A stretch of 64,000 bases of DNA, taken from assembly GCA_009602735.1 (NCBI GenBank), contig WELA01003621.1:1-64000 (forward strand). Reading direction: 5' to 3'. Origin of the DNA: Mesotaenium endlicherianum. Lineage: Eukaryota. The position numbers were made by a program, and so were the translations under genes. Each line of letters opens with the position of its first letter. Within the stretch, counting starts at the first letter, position 1. The notes below the pieces were generated by a model. It saw only the letters and a list, made by a program, of their open reading frames with translations. It did not search any database and was not told the origin of the DNA. Shown in pieces: positions 59,089 to 64,000 of this stretch.

Positions 59089-59130
59089 TCTATTAAAAGA
59101 TGTCTAAAGATACTACTATTTTTTAATTAT

Positions 59131-60381
59131 TTATACAAGATAACCAAAAAGATGGTCATTTTTATTCAATTCGGTATAATTGATGTGGTATTGGTCCATT
59201 TTCTTCATCAAAACATCATAATCCGAGCGGGACTTCAATTCAACACCTACCAGGGCAGGTCCTGCTTCTTTATTATGCTTTTGCATATATTCAAAACGCG
59301 TAATATCATCATGGGGGCCCAATACATGATTTACAAATTCTTTCAGTGCACCCGGTCTTTGAACAAAGCTGATGAGGAAATAATGTTTGAGTCCTTCGTA
59401 TTGCAGCGATCGTTCTTTGATCTCCTGCATACGGTCGATGTCATTGTTGCTGCCACTTACAACGCATACCACTTTTTTCCCTTTGATCTCAGCAGCATAA
59501 TCATCCAGCGCCGCAATAGACAACGCACCGGCCGGCTCTGCTACGATCGCATCTTCGTTGTATAATTTTAAGATGGTGGAGCAAACTTTTCCTTCCGGCA
59601 CCAGGTGCATATCATCCAGTACTTCTTTGCAGATACTGAATGTGAGGTCGCCCACTTTTTTTACCGCAGCGCCGTCTACGAAACGTTCAATATCATCCAG
59701 CACAACCGGATGTCCGGCTTTCAATGCTTCTTTCATGGAAGGTGCTCCTTCGGGCTCCAGTCCGATGATTTTTGTTTTGGGAGAGAAAGTTTTAAAATAA
59801 CTGCCCACACCCGCACTGAGTCCGCCGCCACCTACCGGCACAAACAAATAATCCACTGCTGGTAGGTCTTCCAGTATTTCCATACCTACCGTAGCTTGTC
59901 CTTCTATGATACGGATATCATCAAAGGGTGGCACAAAGACCATCTGGTGATCTACGGTATATTTCTTTGCCGCCTGTGCACAATCGTCGAATGTATCGCC
60001 TACCAGCTTTACCTGAACAAAACCTTCACCGAACATTTTGGTCTGGTTCACTTTCTGGTTGGGTGTGATGATGGGCATGAACACCACTCCTTTCACATTC
60101 AGTTTCTTACAACTGTATGCAAATCCCTGTGCATGATTGCCTGCACTGGCGCATACTACGCCGCGATGCAATTCATCCGCAGAAAGGCTGCTCATCATAT
60201 TATAAGCTCCACGCAGTTTATATGAACGAACCACCTGAAGGTCTTCCCTTTTCAGATAAACTTCGCAGCTGTATTTGCGCGACAGGTTGTGATTGAAGGT
60301 CAGCGGTGTTCTGTTCACCACCGGCTTCAACCGCGCTGCAGCAGCCTGGTAGTTCAGGGTATGTGATGTTATGGTTGACAT
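59131..60381 (-). CDS. ilvA: Threonine ammonia-lyase (biosynthetic, short form)
   Basis: KREDLQVVRSYKLRGA, ASAGNHAQG, PVGGGGL, EPAGALS, SGSNND. Confidence 0.96.
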   Translation of the reverse strand: MSTITSHTLNYQAAAARLKPVVNRTPLTFNHNLSRKYSCEVYLKREDLQVVRSYKLRGAYNMMSSLSADELHRGVVCASAGNHAQGFAYSCKKLNVKGVVFMPIITPNQKVNQTKMFGEGFVQVKLVGDTFDDCAQAAKKYTVDHQMVFVPPFDDIRIIEGQATVGMEILEDLPAVDYLFVPVGGGGLSAGVGSYFKTFSPKTKIIGLEPEGAPSMKEALKAGHPVVLDDIERFVDGAAVKKVGDLTFSICKEVLDDMHLVPEGKVCSTILKLYNEDAIVAEPAGALSIAALDDYAAEIKGKKVVCVVSGSNNDIDRMQEIKERSLQYEGLKHYFLISFVQRPGALKEFVNHVLGPHDDITRFEYMQKHNKEAGPALVGVELKSRSDYDVLMKKMDQYHINYTELNKNDHLFGYLV

Positions 60382-60392
60382 GTGCTTGTATT

Positions 60393-60430
60393 AAAAGGCA
60401 CTACCGGCAGTTGAACTACCGGTAGTGTTT
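60393..60430 (-). terminator. Intergenic stem-loop/terminator between ilvC and ilvA
   Basis: Minus strand ACACTACCGGTAG-TTCAA-CTGCCGGTAGTGC followed by CTTTT. Confidence 0.65.
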
Positions 60431-60439
60431 ATGTGCAGC

Positions 60440-61504
60440 TTACGCTTCTGTTGCTACTTTCTGGTTTTCGGGGCGCAGGCTCCTTACTGTTTTACCTGCC
60501 TGCCACATTTCGCTTTCGCGCAGTTCTTTCAATTCTTCTTCGAGTTTTTCACGGTAATCTGCTTTACTGTTGCTCTCGATCGATTTGGCTGCTTCCTTAC
60601 CGGTAGCTACGCTTTCATACAATTCTTTGAACACAGGCAGAGAAGCATCGCGGAATTTTTTCCACCAGTCGAGCGCGCCGCGCTGTGCAGTAGTAGAACA
60701 GTTGGCATACATCCAGTCCATACCGTTCTCTGCAACCAATGGCATCAGCGACTGCGTCAGCTCTTCTACTGTTTCGTTGAATGCCTCAGAAGGTGTATGT
60801 CCTTTTGAACGCAACACTTCGTATTGTGCGGCGAAGATACCCTGGATAGCGCCCATCAGTGTTCCGCGCTCACCGGTAAGATCGCTGTACACTTCTTTTT
60901 TGAAATCTGTCTCGAACAGGTAACCGCTACCGATGGCAATACCCAGCGCTACTACTCTGTCGAAAGCGCGACCGGTTGCATCCTGGAAGATGGCATAACT
61001 GCTGTTCAGACCACGCCCTTGCAGGAACATCCTGCGCAGAGAGGTACCTGATCCTTTAGGAGCTACCAGGAATACGTCTACATCGGCCGGTGGCACGATG
61101 CCTGTCTGGTCTTTATAAGTAACACCGAAGCCGTGTGAGAAATACAGGGCTTTACCTGGTGTCAGGTGTTTTTTAACGGTGGGCCACAGGCTGATCTGGG
61201 CAGCATCGCTCAGCAAATAACAGATAATGGTTCCGCGTTGCAAAGCTTCTTCTATCTCAAACAATGATTCGCCCGGTACAAATCCGTCGCGAACCGCTTT
61301 ATCCCAGCTCTTGGAATTTTTACGCTGGCCAACAATTACGTTGACGCCGTTTTCTTTCTGGTTCAGTGCCTGGCCTGGCCCCTGTACGCCGTAGCCGATC
61401 ACTGCCACCACTTCATCTTTCAGCACCTGCTGTGCTTTTGCAAGGGGGAACTCTTCGCGAGTTATCACGTTCTCTTCTACACCACCGAAGTTTAATTTTG
61501 CCAT
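60440..61504 (-). CDS. ilvC: Ketol-acid reductoisomerase
   Basis: VIGYGVQG, FSHGF, VAPKGSG, SDLTGERG, CSTTAQRG. Confidence 0.96.
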   Translation of the reverse strand: MAKLNFGGVEENVITREEFPLAKAQQVLKDEVVAVIGYGVQGPGQALNQKENGVNVIVGQRKNSKSWDKAVRDGFVPGESLFEIEEALQRGTIICYLLSDAAQISLWPTVKKHLTPGKALYFSHGFGVTYKDQTGIVPPADVDVFLVAPKGSGTSLRRMFLQGRGLNSSYAIFQDATGRAFDRVVALGIAIGSGYLFETDFKKEVYSDLTGERGTLMGAIQGIFAAQYEVLRSKGHTPSEAFNETVEELTQSLMPLVAENGMDWMYANCSTTAQRGALDWWKKFRDASLPVFKELYESVATGKEAAKSIESNSKADYREKLEEELKELRESEMWQAGKTVRSLRPENQKVATEA

Positions 61505-61550
61505 TGTTCTGGTTTTTAAAATGATTGGTTGTTACTTTTTACTTTGTTTG

Positions 61551-62141
61551 TTACATGCTGAATACTTCGTCCTGCTTATCGAGGAATTCATTTTCTACCA
61601 CAGTTTCTCCCGGCTCACTTTTCTCAAATGCCTTGATCTTGGCGTGAAAACTATCGCTGCCTTTGATGATGGCTACCCTTCCACTTCTCACAAACTCGAT
61701 CAGTCCGCAGGGTTCCAATACTTTGACCAACTTGTCTATCTCTTCGCGATGGCCACTGGTTTCGAAAATGGTATAGTCTTTACGAATGAGTATTGCTCTT
61801 GCCCCATATTTGTGAAGCAGCCTTTCCACTTTTATTTTTTCAGCGATCTCATCGGTAGATACTTTGTACAAAGCCATTTCCTGCCAAACGATCTCATCGT
61901 TGGTATTGTAATAGGCTTTCAATACTTCTACCTGCTTTTCTACCTGGCGAACCAGCTTGCGCACCACTTCTTCCGTTTCTTCAATGACGATGGTGAACCG
62001 GTGAATGCCTTCTATTTCCGATGGTGAAGTATTCAGACTTTCAATATTGATCTTCCTCCTGGAGAACATGATCGCAATACGGCTTACCAAACCGATGCGG
62101 TTCTCCGTGTATACTGTTATGGTGAATTCCTGTTTGTTCAT
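61551..62141 (-). CDS. ilvN: Acetolactate synthase small subunit
   Basis: ENRIGLVSRI..FSRRKINIESL ACT domain, EFVRSGRVAI. Confidence 0.94.
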   Translation of the reverse strand: MNKQEFTITVYTENRIGLVSRIAIMFSRRKINIESLNTSPSEIEGIHRFTIVIEETEEVVRKLVRQVEKQVEVLKAYYNTNDEIVWQEMALYKVSTDEIAEKIKVERLLHKYGARAILIRKDYTIFETSGHREEIDKLVKVLEPCGLIEFVRSGRVAIIKGSDSFHAKIKAFEKSEPGETVVENEFLDKQDEVFSM

Positions 62142-62146
62142 GTTGC

Positions 62147-63889
62147 TTATTTTAAACGTATTTCACTTACACTGCATCCCTGCGGAACCATGGGGAATAC
62201 ATTGTTCTCCTTTCCTACCATTACTTCCAACAGATAAGAGCCCTGGTGGTTCAGCATGGTGGCCAGTGCCTCGCGCAGGTTTTGCCTGTCTGTTACTTTT
62301 TGTCCAGCTATGCCATATCCTTTGGCTACTGTCACATAATCAGGACTCGCAATGTCAACAAAGGAATAGCGTTTATCGTGGAAGAGCTGCTGCCATTGTC
62401 TTACCATGCCCAGGAACTCATTATTCAGGATCAGTATTTTTACATCGAGCTCTGTTTGCATGATGGTGCCCAGTTCCTGTATGGTCATTTGAACACCTCC
62501 ATCGCCAATGATCGCTACTACAGTTCGATCCAGTGCACCGAATTTGGCGCCGATGGCTGCCGGCAGGGCAAAGCCCATCGTGCCCAATCCACCGGAAGTG
62601 ATATTACTTCTTGTCTGGTTGAATTTTGCATAACGGCAACCCACCATCTGGTGCTGGCCCACATCTGTTACAATGATGGCGTCTCCCTGGGTAAGCTCGT
62701 TCAAATGTTTCATCACTTCACCCATCGTCATCTCTCCCGAACCCGGATTCAATTCATGATCGATTACTTCTTTATTCTCTTCCTGCTGGTAATTTTTGAA
62801 TCTTTCCAACCACTGTGTATGTTTTTTTGCTTCCACGAGTTTGGTCAGCATAGGCAACGTCTCTTTACAATCGCCCCATACACCTACAGTAGCTTTTACA
62901 TTCTTATCTATCTCGGCGGGGTCAATATCCAGGTGGATCACTTTCGCCTGCTTGGCATATTTATCGAGCCTGCCGGTAACACGGTCATCGAAGCGCATGC
63001 CTATGGCGATCAACACATCGCAATCATTGGTAAGTACATTCGGACCATAATTGCCATGCATGCCCAGCATGCCAACATTTAATGGATGGTCAGTAGGCAA
63101 TGCACTCAATCCGAGAATGGTCCATGCGGCAGGAATACCTGACTTCTCAATGAAAGCCCTGAATTCATCTTCTGCGTTACCCAATATCACACCCTGACCA
63201 AACAGTACAAAGGGTTTCTCTGCTGCATTGATCAGCTTGGCCGCTTCTTCAACATATTCTTTCCGCACAATGGGCTTGGGCCGGTAACTGCGGATATGAT
63301 CGCATTTTTCATATCCTGCATATTCAAATTTTTGCAACTGCGCATTCTTGGTGATATCAATCAGCACGGGTCCGGGTCTTCCGCTCCTGGCAATGTAAAA
63401 GGCTTTCGCTAACACAGTAGGCAATTCCGTTGCATCTGTTACCTGGTAATTCCATTTGGTAACTGGTGTGGTGATATTGATCACATCTGTTTCCTGGAAA
63501 GCATCGGTACCCAGCAAGTGTGCAAACACCTGTCCGGTTATACATACCAGCGGCGTACTGTCGATCTGTGCATCGGCCAGTCCTGTTACCAGGTTGGTAG
63601 CGCCTGGTCCGCTTGTTGCGAACACCACGCCCACTTTCCCGGAAGAGCGTGCATAGCCTTGTCCTGCATGTATACCGCCCTGCTCGTGTCTTACCAGTAT
63701 ATGTTTCAGTTTATCGTGATAATCGTATAAGGCATCATAGATAGGCATGATGGCTCCGCCTGGATAACCGAAAATGGTATCCACGCCTTCGGCGATCAAT
63801 GCTTCAAGCACTGCCTGTGAACCGGAAAGCGTTACCGCTTTTTTAGCGGGTGTTGCTTTCTCTGCTGTGATGGTATCTATTGCTTCCAT
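62147..63889 (-). CDS. ilvB: Acetolactate synthase large subunit
   Basis: FGYPGGAI, RHEQ, TSGPGATN, GMLGMHG, RFDDRVTG, GDG..N TPP motif, LGMVRQWQ. Confidence 0.97.
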   Translation of the reverse strand: MEAIDTITAEKATPAKKAVTLSGSQAVLEALIAEGVDTIFGYPGGAIMPIYDALYDYHDKLKHILVRHEQGGIHAGQGYARSSGKVGVVFATSGPGATNLVTGLADAQIDSTPLVCITGQVFAHLLGTDAFQETDVINITTPVTKWNYQVTDATELPTVLAKAFYIARSGRPGPVLIDITKNAQLQKFEYAGYEKCDHIRSYRPKPIVRKEYVEEAAKLINAAEKPFVLFGQGVILGNAEDEFRAFIEKSGIPAAWTILGLSALPTDHPLNVGMLGMHGNYGPNVLTNDCDVLIAIGMRFDDRVTGRLDKYAKQAKVIHLDIDPAEIDKNVKATVGVWGDCKETLPMLTKLVEAKKHTQWLERFKNYQQEENKEVIDHELNPGSGEMTMGEVMKHLNELTQGDAIIVTDVGQHQMVGCRYAKFNQTRSNITSGGLGTMGFALPAAIGAKFGALDRTVVAIIGDGGVQMTIQELGTIMQTELDVKILILNNEFLGMVRQWQQLFHDKRYSFVDIASPDYVTVAKGYGIAGQKVTDRQNLREALATMLNHQGSYLLEVMVGKENNVFPMVPQGCSVSEIRLK

Positions 63890-63913
63890 TCCTTTATTAT
63901 TAGGGGTTGATGG

Positions 63914-64000
63914 TTATGCTTCGTCTGTTACGCAGCCTTCTGAGGCATCTTTCACACACTGGGCATATTTGAATAATATTCCTTTCTCTGCTTTGAGCGA
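63914..64000 (-). CDS. ilvD: Dihydroxy-acid dehydratase, C-terminal end (partial, runs off window)
   Basis: Minus frame SLKAEKGILFKYAQCVKDASEGCVTDEA*, typical IlvD C-terminus, directly upstream of ilvB. Confidence 0.88.
   Translation of the reverse strand, partial: SLKAEKGILFKYAQCVKDASEGCVTDEA

Noticed and set aside
62246..63082. 278-aa antisense ORF (and similar ones opposite ilvC, ilvN, thrA)
   Set aside because: Shadow ORFs of conserved housekeeping genes
1..64000. CRISPR arrays, tRNA/rRNA genes, prophage or defence islands
   Set aside because: No regularly spaced repeat-spacer units, cloverleaf-like sequences or phage/defence proteins recognised by eye, apart from the MazEF-like pair

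Overview
Chromosomal segment of a Bacteroidota bacterium, most likely Chitinophagaceae. This is inferred from the gene content, the TAnnTTTG -7 promoter elements and the coaX-OMP-lptC order. It is mostly housekeeping and envelope genes: glycosyltransferases, meaB, coaX, lptC, an ECF sigma module, tatC, rpiB, a deoxyhypusine-synthase-like gene, metB, GH9, a TonB receptor with a DtxR/MntR regulator, psd/cdsA, dusB, thrABC and ilvD'BNCA. The main accessory element is an AT-rich islet at about 41.2-44.8 kb. It carries a MazEF-like toxin-antitoxin pair, a second mazF fragment and a decaying double-glycine peptide (bacteriocin-like) locus: a GG-leader precursor, a small membrane protein, and a 5'-truncated peptidase-ABC exporter fused to what looks like the start of a second precursor. 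A candidate pseudoknot/E-loop RNA lies in front of that locus. Other signals not in the ORF track are a Thr/Ile-rich leader peptide before thrA, 11-bp-period TAAC boxes before a PlcP-like phosphoesterase/glycosyltransferase operon and before a distant GT2 gene (possible phosphate-starvation lipid-remodelling regulon), a DtxR-type operator, a REP-like palindrome and several apparently internally deleted genes. No rRNA, tRNA, CRISPR array, integrase or transposase was recognised. All family assignments are from motif recognition by eye; no database search was run.
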